In this document: positions 44,620-53,299 of the stretch, in pieces | How positions within the stretch are numbered: position 1 is the first letter of the stretch | How the letters are laid out: each line of letters starts with the position of its first letter | IMG/VR virus record: IMGVR_UViG_3300025083_000041 | Span: 1 to 53,486 of that record | Direction: 5' to 3' (one strand) | DNA from: a virus | Lineage: Duplodnaviria; Caudoviricetes | Length of the DNA stretch: 53,486 nucleotides | Position numbers and translations under genes: made by a program | The notes under the pieces: generated by a model | The model's database searches: none | The model's input: the letters and a program-made list of their open reading frames with translations, nothing else | Told to the model about the DNA's origin: nothing

Positions 44620-45849
44620 ATGTCCAAGTTTGATCTCAACAAGCACACAGCAAGGCTCTTAATGACTGAGCCATTCTTTGCCAGTATCTCACGACGTATT
44701 GATAAGACGGCTAGTAAAGCCATTCCAACGGCTGGTGTTCGACTTAACAAGTCTACAGGCTATTTTGAAATGCTTTACAACCCAGATTTCTTCGAGGGTT
44801 TGCCCGACGTTCAAAAGTTGGGTGTTCTCAAGCATGAGTTCTATCACTTGATCTTGCAACACACAACTACACGTAATCCCGATCCCGATGGTAAAGTGTC
44901 TAAGGCTTGGAATGTTGCTACCGACTTGTCCATCAACTCACACCTTATGGGCGAGTTACCCGAAAATGGTTGCATACCTAGTATGAAAGACAGTCCATTC
45001 GAAGATTATCCTGTTGGGTTGTCGGCAGATGCGTATCTAAAGATGATCAAAGAAGATCCACAATTCCAACCCGACGATAAAGACAAAGAGAAAGGTAGTG
45101 GCAAAGGTGGTAAAGGTGGTGGACAGGGTGGAGAACTACCCGATACCCTAGACGATCATGGAGATTGGGCTGATGGGGATGATGCCGATGCAGACTCAAA
45201 CGCAGTTGCTAGAGAACGACTACGTGACATGCTAGACAAGGCTAGCAATGAGGCAAACCAAAGAGGATCATGGGGTAGTGTGTCGTCCGAGACTAGAAAA
45301 GAGATACAAAAGTTCTTAAACCCATCTATTGATTGGAGAAAGATGTTAAGGTATTTCATCAAAGCGAGTCGTAAGGCTAGCAAGCGCAGTACTATTCGTA
45401 GGCTTAATAAAAGATACCCACGTATTCACAGTGGACATAAGGTTACTAGAATGGCAAACATCGCCATATCCATTGATCAATCGGGATCTGTATCCGATAC
45501 CATGTTGGCACAATTCTTTTCAGAACTTAACGAGTTATCGAAACTAGCAACCTTTACAGTAGTACCTTTCGATACTGAGGTTGACGAGAGTAAAGTATTT
45601 GTATGGAAGAAGGGACAGACAAGGGACTGGGAACGTGTACTATGTGGTGGTACTTGCTTTGATGCTCCAACCAAGTATGTAAACAAGCACAAGTTTGATG
45701 GACATATTGTATTGACAGATATGTGCGCTCCTAAGCCAGTACCTAGCAAGTGTCAACGCATGTGGATCACAGATGAATCGGGCAAATCTAATCAATACTT
45801 TGATACCAACGAAATTGTATTGGCTATCAAAGATGGAATAAGGGGATAA
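44620..45849 (+). CDS. DUF2201-type metallopeptidase plus vWA domain protein
   Basis: HEFYH; WNVATDLSIN; IDQSGS MIDAS; GGTCF; VLTD. Confidence 0.88.
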   Translation: MSKFDLNKHTARLLMTEPFFASISRRIDKTASKAIPTAGVRLNKSTGYFEMLYNPDFFEGLPDVQKLGVLKHEFYHLILQHTTTRNPDPDGKVSKAWNVATDLSINSHLMGELPENGCIPSMKDSPFEDYPVGLSADAYLKMIKEDPQFQPDDKDKEKGSGKGGKGGGQGGELPDTLDDHGDWADGDDADADSNAVARERLRDMLDKASNEANQRGSWGSVSSETRKEIQKFLNPSIDWRKMLRYFIKASRKASKRSTIRRLNKRYPRIHSGHKVTRMANIAISIDQSGSVSDTMLAQFFSELNELSKLATFTVVPFDTEVDESKVFVWKKGQTRDWERVLCGGTCFDAPTKYVNKHKFDGHIVLTDMCAPKPVPSKCQRMWITDESGKSNQYFDTNEIVLAIKDGIRG

Positions 45850-45853
45850 GAGT

Positions 45854-46063
45854 ATGTGTGAAAGAAAGTGTAAGCAAAAATGTAAACTCCCTTGTAAGAT
45901 AGGGGATCTAGTGCAGTTTAAAGTTGACAAAGGTATATACAAAACTGCAATAGTGACAGAAAGACACGATAAAAGAACAGTGTTTATTCGCTATAATGTC
46001 GGTGAAGAGGCAATGAGAGTAAGAATTATAGAAGAATACTTATATAGTTTGAATAAAACATGA
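45854..46063 (+). CDS. KOW/SH3-like small protein
   Basis: CKIGDLVQFK. Confidence 0.65.
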   Translation: MCERKCKQKCKLPCKIGDLVQFKVDKGIYKTAIVTERHDKRTVFIRYNVGEEAMRVRIIEEYLYSLNKT

Positions 46064-46108
46064 ACTACAAACGTATAGAGCATATAACAACCAAACACAG
46101 GTGACAGA

Positions 46109-46516
46109 ATGTTTTATAAGGGACAATTTATCGCAAGGATACCAAACGATGAAAATGCTAAGTCTAGGATTGAGGAATATAAGGCTATCCATGGACAGTT
46201 GCGTCTATGTGGTAGACACCCTAGGCGAAAGCAAGCAATGGCAGAGAACGGACTTAAACGAAACTTTATGGGAGACATACCCTACAGGATAGCGAAAGAA
46301 ATAGTTATCTATCGCAAGGAGGGAGGTATGACATACAGACAGTTCCAAGCCTTGGAAGTAGGAAATATGATTGAGATTGTAAGAGAACGCTATTATTCTA
46401 AGACTGGAATAGTCTTGAACAAGAAAGGAAAGAACCAAATCAAGATAGCAATAGGAGATAGGGCAATATGGACAACTAGACAAAAGGTTATTCTTCACAG
46501 GTGTAATAAAAGATAA
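46109..46516 (+). CDS. hypothetical protein with C-terminal KOW-like module
   Basis: LEVGNMIEI...KTGIV. Confidence 0.65.
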   Translation: MFYKGQFIARIPNDENAKSRIEEYKAIHGQLRLCGRHPRRKQAMAENGLKRNFMGDIPYRIAKEIVIYRKEGGMTYRQFQALEVGNMIEIVRERYYSKTGIVLNKKGKNQIKIAIGDRAIWTTRQKVILHRCNKR

Positions 46517-46574
46517 AAAACTTTGAATAAAACATGAACTACAAACGTATAGAACATGAACAAGGAGACACATA

Positions 46575-46832
46575 ATGAAAATAAATGAATACTATGCTTT
46601 GAAGAAGGGTGATATAGTCGAGTGGGCAGATACTGGATCTAAATGTATCGTGATGCACTTTGATGTATCAGACTATCCCAGCAACAATCCAGTGCCATTA
46701 CAAGAACCCAATAACACTGAAAGTCTATGTGTTATCTTTTTTGAGGACAACTTCCGACTGATTGGGCATCGTAAAGAGTTTGGATATATAAATCGAAAAA
46801 AACTGAATAAAATAAATCACTCAAACGTATAA
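46575..46832 (+). CDS. KOW/SH3-like protein
   Basis: LKKGDIVEW. Confidence 0.65.
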   Translation: MKINEYYALKKGDIVEWADTGSKCIVMHFDVSDYPSNNPVPLQEPNNTESLCVIFFEDNFRLIGHRKEFGYINRKKLNKINHSNV

Positions 46833-46863
46833 TAAACACAACATCAACACAAGGACAATAACA

Positions 46864-47043
46864 ATGACTTTGCAACAATACTTTGATAGATATCACTTGA
46901 ATGATACCGATGCCGACTATGACGACAGGTGGGAATATGCTTCATGCTTTGTGTGTGACGCTCAAGAGTCAAAAGAACTATCGTACACACAGCAACAGAT
47001 ATATTCTTTTGCTGAGAAAGTCTACAATGTAGAAGACTTGTAA
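46864..47043 (+). CDS. hypothetical protein (59 aa, not in ORF track)
   Basis: Promoter at 46804 and AAGGAC leader. Confidence 0.65.
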   Translation: MTLQQYFDRYHLNDTDADYDDRWEYASCFVCDAQESKELSYTQQQIYSFAEKVYNVEDL

Positions 47044-47121
47044 AAAAATAATAAAGAAACTTTGAATAAACAATAACAACCAATCGTATAAATAATACAA
47101 CACAAAACAACGAGGTTTAAA

Positions 47122-48207
47122 ATGGCTATTCCATTCTCATCATTCACAAAAACAGCACCTTACGTCCTTAAAATCAAAAAGCCAGTACTCATTCGTGGTA
47201 GACATGGTATCGGTAAGTCCGAAACAGTCTATCAAGTAGCAAAAGACATGGGACTCCCAGTCGTAGAACGTCGTGCATCTCAGATGACTGAGGGTGATCT
47301 ATTGGGGCTACCCGATAATCGCGATGTTGTCGTCAATGGCATTAAAGCCACAACATTCAACCCACCCGATTGGTTTGTAACAGCCTGTACTGAGGCATGT
47401 GTCCTCTTCTTTGATGAAATTGATCGTGCTACAATGGAGGTTCGCCAAGGTATCTTTGAACTTACTGATAGTCGTAAGATTAACGGACATTATCTACACC
47501 CTGAGACAGTTATCATGGGTGCAGTCAATGGTGGCGATCATGGGGCACAATACCAAGTTGGAGAGTTTGATCCTGCCGAACTAGATCGGTGGACTGTATT
47601 TGACTTAGAGCCAACCACAGAAGACTTTTTACACTGGGCTAAAGGCAAGGTTGACGATATGGTATGGGACTTTATCAATAACAACCATGGGCATCTTATC
47701 CATAAAGATGATTACGAGCCTAACAAGGTATATCCAACACCCCGATCATGGGTAAGATTAGACGAATGTCTTGTCACTGGTGAGTTAATGGACAAGACAG
47801 ATCAAGAGTCCAATGCTATCGTATTCAACCTAGCACAGGGTTTTGTGGGATTAGAGGGTGCAGTAGCGTTTATCGACTTTCGAAAAAACTATGACAGACA
47901 GGTTACTATCGAACACTTACTAGACGAAGGACGTTTTGACAAAGTCAAAGACTGGGGTATCAATGAGCACCTTGCTATGGTAGAAAAGTTTGAGAGCAAG
48001 GACACATTCACCAAACGCATGAACAAGACAAGAGTACAGAATCTTATTGACTATATGGACATGCTACCTTCAGAATGTGCAATGAAATTATGGACATTGC
48101 TATCATCTGAAAAAGCCAATGAAGATAACATGTTAGAGGTACATATTGGTACTACGTCTAAGGGAATTCCAGTAGCATCAATCATAGTCAGAATGTACGA
48201 GGGCTAA
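47122..48207 (+). CDS. MoxR-like AAA+ ATPase
   Basis: GRHGIGKS; GDLLGLP; LFFDEIDRA; DPAELDRW; PTPRSW. Confidence 0.9.
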   Translation: MAIPFSSFTKTAPYVLKIKKPVLIRGRHGIGKSETVYQVAKDMGLPVVERRASQMTEGDLLGLPDNRDVVVNGIKATTFNPPDWFVTACTEACVLFFDEIDRATMEVRQGIFELTDSRKINGHYLHPETVIMGAVNGGDHGAQYQVGEFDPAELDRWTVFDLEPTTEDFLHWAKGKVDDMVWDFINNNHGHLIHKDDYEPNKVYPTPRSWVRLDECLVTGELMDKTDQESNAIVFNLAQGFVGLEGAVAFIDFRKNYDRQVTIEHLLDEGRFDKVKDWGINEHLAMVEKFESKDTFTKRMNKTRVQNLIDYMDMLPSECAMKLWTLLSSEKANEDNMLEVHIGTTSKGIPVASIIVRMYEG

Positions 48208-48217
48208 GAGTTCGGTA

Positions 48218-48252
48218 GTGTGGGGGTTATTGCAATCCCCACATTCTTTTTT
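48218..48252 (+). terminator. intrinsic terminator
   Basis: GTGTGGGGGTT-attgc-AATCCCCACAT followed by a T-run. Confidence 0.8.
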
Positions 48253-48334
48253 ATACTTTTTTTGAATAAAGTTTGAATAAAACAAAACAGTCAATCGTAT
48301 AGAATGTACAGTACAACAAACAATGGAGACACAA

Positions 48335-48472
48335 ATGAAACTAAAAGTAACCTATGCCAACGGAAACGTGAGAGTGTACAACATCAATCCAAACTGTACG
48401 ACAGAGCAACTCATAGCCAAGATCGAGAAACACGAATATAACCCCATAGTAAAGAATGTAAAACTACTATGA
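48335..48472 (+). CDS. small hypothetical protein (45 aa)
   Basis: Promoter at 48274 and GGAG RBS. Confidence 0.65.
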   Translation: MKLKVTYANGNVRVYNINPNCTTEQLIAKIEKHEYNPIVKNVKLL

Positions 48473-48569
48473 ATACTTATTGGAAAATGAAAAAGAACAA
48501 AAAAACTTTGAATAAAACTTTTAACTCAATCGTATAAACAATACACAACACTAAACAAAGGAAAACACG

Positions 48570-49634
48570 ATGCGTGGTTTATCTTCATCAAAGTCAGCAA
48601 ACGGACGTTCGTCCTCAACATGTTCATTCTGTCGTTCGGAAGAGCATCAAGTCAACACCTGTCCCCATGTACCTATCATATGGAAAAGTCTACAGACTGG
48701 TATCATCCCATTAGAATACATGGCAAGTGCAGTTAAAACGTCTATTTCAGCACGTCGTTGGGATTCTCCTCCTTTCGTAAGTCAAATGCACTACTATCAA
48801 AGTGGGAATAACTGGGGTGAATTATACAAGTCTTGTGAAAAATCTTATGCTAAGTGGCTGAAAAAACAAGAAAGTAAAACTAAGAAAAAAAGAAATGTAA
48901 AAGCCACCAAGACTTGTGGCTATTGTAAGGAGACAGGGCACACTAGAGCCAAGTGTAATCATTTGGATAGCCACAAGAAAATGCTTGTAAAAGCAAATCG
49001 TAACTTTCGAAAGTGGTTTTATGAAGAGTATGTAGAGAAACAAGGGCTATCTACTGGTTGTATTATCAGTTTCGATCATGTATCTCCCGAAAGTTACAAT
49101 ACACCCGAAAAGATAACCCACATACAAACGATTGTAACAGACATAAACTGGGATAGTATTAACTTACTTACTATGCTAGACTTAGACAGTGCAAAAGTGA
49201 CATGGACATCTGAGGTTGATGGCAAAAAATCGGAGGGACTTAAATCTATTCGAGAGTTTATGAGATCAAAAGTTGTAATGAAAGTACCAAGTCAATCTCT
49301 TAGCCCTGTTGATGTACATTCATATTGGCGTAACGAGTCTTTGTCATCATACGGGATTGAATTACCTTTGGTGAGTAGGACAGGCAAAAATGGACGTCCG
49401 TCTTCTACTAGACAACACAATGTACTAGTCAATTTTGAGACTATGGACAGAATTGGATACTCAAGCAATACTACAAAAAATGTACGTATTGTACAACGTG
49501 CCCCACAAGTACTAGCCGATAACTGGGTAGACGGATACAGTGAACAAATGTCTGTCATATTCAAAAAGTTCACAATGAAACAGTTAGAGTACTTTGGCGT
49601 CACCGAACATATCACTGTATGGGCAAATAATTAA
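48570..49634 (+). CDS. double zinc-knuckle protein, paralog of 34053
   Basis: CSFCRSEEHQVNTC and CGYCKETGHTRAKC; G..TGCII; INWD.I. Confidence 0.75.
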   Translation: MRGLSSSKSANGRSSSTCSFCRSEEHQVNTCPHVPIIWKSLQTGIIPLEYMASAVKTSISARRWDSPPFVSQMHYYQSGNNWGELYKSCEKSYAKWLKKQESKTKKKRNVKATKTCGYCKETGHTRAKCNHLDSHKKMLVKANRNFRKWFYEEYVEKQGLSTGCIISFDHVSPESYNTPEKITHIQTIVTDINWDSINLLTMLDLDSAKVTWTSEVDGKKSEGLKSIREFMRSKVVMKVPSQSLSPVDVHSYWRNESLSSYGIELPLVSRTGKNGRPSSTRQHNVLVNFETMDRIGYSSNTTKNVRIVQRAPQVLADNWVDGYSEQMSVIFKKFTMKQLEYFGVTEHITVWANN

Positions 49635-49699
49635 TTTTATAATCTGAATAAACAATAGCAGTGAAACGTATAAGAACTATAACCGACAAACACAGGACA

Positions 49700-50011
49700 A
49701 TGACAATGACACAATCATCAAACACATCTTACCCATCAAGCATGTACATTGTTAGAAAAGATCAGGCATTTCAGGAGGGAGTGAGACAAGCATTAGTACT
49801 CTTAACCACAGAATACGGTAATCCCGACTATAAACAGTATTATCTAGTGTCTGAGACTAGCAGACTAGAGTATTTTATGCCCGAAACAGTTATCTTTGAA
49901 TGTGATATGAATGGGAAAGTAAAAGACTATCAAAAGAAGGTTGGAGGTTTTAAGTCATTGACTCTGGAAGACGTATTATCAGACTTTGAAAGTTTTCTGA
50001 ATAAACAATAA
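49700..50011 (+). CDS. hypothetical protein
   Basis: Promoter at 49645 and CAGGAC leader. Confidence 0.7.
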   Translation: MTMTQSSNTSYPSSMYIVRKDQAFQEGVRQALVLLTTEYGNPDYKQYYLVSETSRLEYFMPETVIFECDMNGKVKDYQKKVGGFKSLTLEDVLSDFESFLNKQ

Positions 50012-50052
50012 CACTCAAACGTATAAGAAGTATAACCAACAAGCACAGGACA

Positions 50053-50220
50053 ATGACAATGACAAAACAGATTATCACAATAGAGTTAGAAACGGAAATA
50101 GACTCTTCATCTTTGCTAGATATAATGCACAGTATCGGAGAGTTGATTGTAGAAGAGATAGGGACTTATGGCGAGGATGCCGTATATGTCGAAGGGGAAA
50201 CATCTGTCGAAACAAAATAA
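50053..50220 (+). CDS. small acidic protein (55 aa)
   Basis: Promoter at 49998; leader CACAGGACAATGACAATGACA identical to that of 49700. Confidence 0.65.
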   Translation: MTMTKQIITIELETEIDSSSLLDIMHSIGELIVEEIGTYGEDAVYVEGETSVETK

Positions 50221-50288
50221 AAAAAGTTTGAATAAAGATTGAACCTTAAACGTATAAACAATATAACAAACAACAAAGGATAAACACA

Positions 50289-50423
50289 ATGGACTTGACA
50301 ACTACTTTTATTGTCTTACAGACAGGTTGGGATATATTGTTAATGGTGATCTTCTCATTCATCGTGGCTATGGTAATCGGATTAGCAGTCGTATTTTATC
50401 AGGAAAAGATTTTGAATAAATAA
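50289..50423 (+). CDS. TM micro-protein (44 aa)
   Basis: Promoter at 50229; hydrophobic segment. Confidence 0.6.
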   Translation: MDLTTTFIVLQTGWDILLMVIFSFIVAMVIGLAVVFYQEKILNK

Positions 50424-50473
50424 TGAGACTCAAACGTATAGATAGTATAACCCACAATCAAAGGACAATAACA

Positions 50474-50806
50474 ATGGATATATTAAACAACCTACCAAAC
50501 AAAGAAGACTTGATTAAACTAATCAAAGAGATCCAAAAGCAAGAGTTTAGAAAAAGCATGTTAGATGCAGTTGAGTTTTCATTCGATGACGAAGTCTCTA
50601 TGATAGACTTAACTATCGCCACCAATGGCAAGGACTCAGAAGACTGGGGCTTTCAAACAGGAGATAACTCTTATAGTGGTGCTTGCTATTCTTATCATCA
50701 TTGGGCAGTAGGCTATGTAGATGGACAAACCAATGCAGAACACTTGGCAATAGAACTGCTTGATCAGTTAGAAGAGTGTCTAGCATACGAGAGCCTAGAC
50801 TGTTAG
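50474..50806 (+). CDS. hypothetical protein
   Basis: Promoter at 50413; WGFQTGDNSYSGACY motif. Confidence 0.7.
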   Translation: MDILNNLPNKEDLIKLIKEIQKQEFRKSMLDAVEFSFDDEVSMIDLTIATNGKDSEDWGFQTGDNSYSGACYSYHHWAVGYVDGQTNAEHLAIELLDQLEECLAYESLDC

Positions 50807-50888
50807 ATAAAAAAACTTGAATAAACTTTGAATAAAACAATCAACCCAAACGTATAGATAATATAACCAATAAACAAGGGATAACACG

Positions 50889-51098
50889 ATGTCATCATAC
50901 CATGAAGAACGAGAGCAAAAACTACAAGAGATAATCACAGAATACAAGAATACAGATATGTCCCTTGCATACTTTATGTGTGAGATGGCATGCGAGTGTT
51001 TCGATGGCATCTCAGATAGTGATTGCTTAGAGTGGTTTGTAGAACAAGGTTACTTCGATACTACCGAAGAAGCATTAGAATACTATGATAATAACTAA
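50889..51098 (+). CDS. hypothetical protein
   Basis: Promoter at 50829. Confidence 0.7.
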   Translation: MSSYHEEREQKLQEIITEYKNTDMSLAYFMCEMACECFDGISDSDCLEWFVEQGYFDTTEEALEYYDNN

Positions 51099-51166
51099 AA
51101 AACTTTGAATAAAATAAAACACTGAAACGTATAGTAAGTATAACGACAACACAAGGACAATAAAAA

Positions 51167-51514
51167 ATGACTTTTACAGAAACACAAGTAAAGAATATGG
51201 CTAATGTCAATCAAGTATTTCAATTACAACGTCTACATGAGAACAATGGTGGATACTTCTTTTCAAAAGATAGCATGAGGTTTTTCAGTAGTCGTATTCA
51301 TACAGATGTTTATGGTGGTTGCGTGTTCGTAACCAGTGAAAAGAATAGTTCAGGCTATCACGAATACCCTAGATTATATACTGTGAGATACATGGATGCT
51401 AGTGGTAGCACCCATACAATCGGAGACTTTCAAGGCTTTGACACACGATCAAAAGCGCACACATTCGCCAAGAACATTGGTATCAAGATTGATCAGATGC
51501 GCCTTGCCTTATAA
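51167..51514 (+). CDS. hypothetical phage protein
   Basis: GGYFFSKDSMRFFSSRI...FVTSE...YTVR. Confidence 0.7.
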   Translation: MTFTETQVKNMANVNQVFQLQRLHENNGGYFFSKDSMRFFSSRIHTDVYGGCVFVTSEKNSSGYHEYPRLYTVRYMDASGSTHTIGDFQGFDTRSKAHTFAKNIGIKIDQMRLAL

Positions 51515-51629
51515 TGCCGAACCATTCGGGCTATTTTTCCTTTCTCAAAAAAACTTTAACATATTTTGAATAAACAATAACACTCAAACGTATAGTATAT
51601 ACAACCACAAGAACAAAGGACAATATACA

Positions 51630-51914
51630 ATGAACATGTTTAACGCATCTCTTACAGCAGTTATCACATTCGCCCTATTTTTTCCCTCAACTATATCTCA
51701 TGCTAATGATACATCACCCATTGCAAAGGTGGAGATCCTAGAGGATGAGATTGAGATTGAGTACATAGACACCACAGTATGGGATCAATGGGTGTTTGAC
51801 ACCGATACAACAGTAGAGTATATGTATTTTGATAATGACACAGGAGAGATAACCTACAAGCCAATACAAGTACAGGGTGAAAAGATTGTCGCTATGAACG
51901 ACACTTCAGAATAA
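51630..51914 (+). CDS. putative secreted acidic protein
   Basis: Signal peptide ending SHA. Confidence 0.65.
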   Translation: MNMFNASLTAVITFALFFPSTISHANDTSPIAKVEILEDEIEIEYIDTTVWDQWVFDTDTTVEYMYFDNDTGEITYKPIQVQGEKIVAMNDTSE

Positions 51915-51988
51915 AAATAAAAAAGTTTGAATAAACAATCAACCTCAATCGTATAAGAAGTATAACCCATAACACAAGGACAATAAAA

Positions 51989-52207
51989 ATGAGCAATAAA
52001 AAACAAACATTAACCGATGTGTTCACTTATCAGGAAAGAGTAAACAATGCCTGCCAATCATTCTTAAAACTCAAAAGTGAGTATATGGAAAGATATGGAC
52101 AAACACTAGGTGATTTTATAGCAAAGGATTGGCAAGTGGAAAGACTTGATATGGATGAGAGATTATGGGAACTTAAGAATAAAAAACAAAAAACTTTGAA
52201 TAAATAA
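51989..52207 (+). CDS. hypothetical protein
   Basis: Promoter at 51928. Confidence 0.7.
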   Translation: MSNKKQTLTDVFTYQERVNNACQSFLKLKSEYMERYGQTLGDFIAKDWQVERLDMDERLWELKNKKQKTLNK

Positions 52208-52257
52208 CAACACTCAAACGTATAATAAGTACAACAAACAACACAAGGACAATAAAA

Positions 52258-52545
52258 ATGATTAAGACAACGAATAGTGGTGTAGCACAGGCATGGGGAC
52301 GATCAACGATGGCTAGATCAAACAATGGTAACTATAGTACAGACGGGAATAAACTCTTTTCATATAGTACTATGATCGGCTATACAAGTAGTGAAGGCAA
52401 GAAGGTATTACTAGATTACACTGCCAGCACAGGCAACTTCTTATCAATGACAACCAGTAGCAAGCATATTCCACCAGCCCGAAAGCATTGTGATCACTTG
52501 CTCAACCCGACACACTTTGAGAACACAGATAAAAAGTTTGAATAA
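52258..52545 (+). CDS. hypothetical phage protein
   Basis: Promoter at 52197; LFSY.T.IG...S.TTS.KH. Confidence 0.7.
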   Translation: MIKTTNSGVAQAWGRSTMARSNNGNYSTDGNKLFSYSTMIGYTSSEGKKVLLDYTASTGNFLSMTTSSKHIPPARKHCDHLLNPTHFENTDKKFE

Positions 52546-52611
52546 AGTTTGAATAAAAGTAAGTCCCCAAACGTATAATATATACACAACATAGAAAACA
52601 AGGAAAATACA

Positions 52612-52803
52612 ATGTTACCTTACTCAAAGTCATACAAGCCAAACACATCTAGCAAAGTCCTTAAGAGAGAGCAAGCCATAATGGAGCGATGCGCAGTTAT
52701 AGCAAAAGAGATAAGACATGCAAAAGAAGACAATACAAATAAAAGTCAATGGCGTGTACGTCGTCTACAACGCTCTCTATTCCAGTTGACATCTAGCCTT
52801 TAA
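52612..52803 (+). CDS. hypothetical protein
   Basis: Promoter at 52550. Confidence 0.65.
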   Translation: MLPYSKSYKPNTSSKVLKREQAIMERCAVIAKEIRHAKEDNTNKSQWRVRRLQRSLFQLTSSL

Positions 52804-52870
52804 AAGAAAGTTTGAATAAACAATAAGACTCAATCGTATATAATTTTACACACATACAAGGGACAATACA

Positions 52871-53098
52871 ATGTACTTTTCAAACAATAGATCAACCATG
52901 CAGTATAGAACATCAACCAAAGACAACAAAGAACAAGTTAAGATTGTAACAGGTGGGTATCCCGAAACGACATTGCATAAAGGTTCAATGGATGAGTTCA
53001 GCAAAGCAACAGGCATTGTATTATTCGGTAAGGGTGGCAGAACGAAACTTTCAGAGCGTCAGATAAGAAGAATAAATATATTCTTAAATAATCTTTGA
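52871..53098 (+). CDS. hypothetical protein
   Basis: Promoter at 52813. Confidence 0.65.
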   Translation: MYFSNNRSTMQYRTSTKDNKEQVKIVTGGYPETTLHKGSMDEFSKATGIVLFGKGGRTKLSERQIRRINIFLNNL

Positions 53099-53182
53099 AT
53101 AAACGATACTGCTCAAACGTATATAAAGAGTAGAGAGAAGAAACTATTAGGATTTACACACACGTAAGAGAGGATAACTATA

Positions 53183-53299
53183 ATGACTCAGTATATTATT
53201 TCATTCGTCATTGCATACATGGTAATAGGATTAATACCTAAGTTCATTATAGCCCTATTATTTACTTTCATTGTACATGGGTATATATGTAAAGGATGA
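53183..53299 (+). CDS. TM micro-protein (38 aa)
   Basis: Promoter at 53096; GAGG RBS; hydrophobic. Confidence 0.55.
   Translation: MTQYIISFVIAYMVIGLIPKFIIALLFTFIVHGYICKG

Noticed and set aside
40027-50473. Upstream starts given in the ORF track (40027, 49661, 50423; likewise 6644, 23773, 37506)
   Set aside because: These extensions run through promoter or terminator sequence or the upstream gene; downstream ATGs have proper RBSs.
729-51010. Numerous minus-strand and nested ORFs in the six-frame track
   Set aside because: They are shadows of well-supported + strand genes with no RBS or motifs; only 20085-21017 is accepted.
51517-51538. Terminator CCGAA-cca-TTCGG plus T-run
   Set aside because: Only a 5-bp stem with a 3-nt loop, too weak to call confidently.
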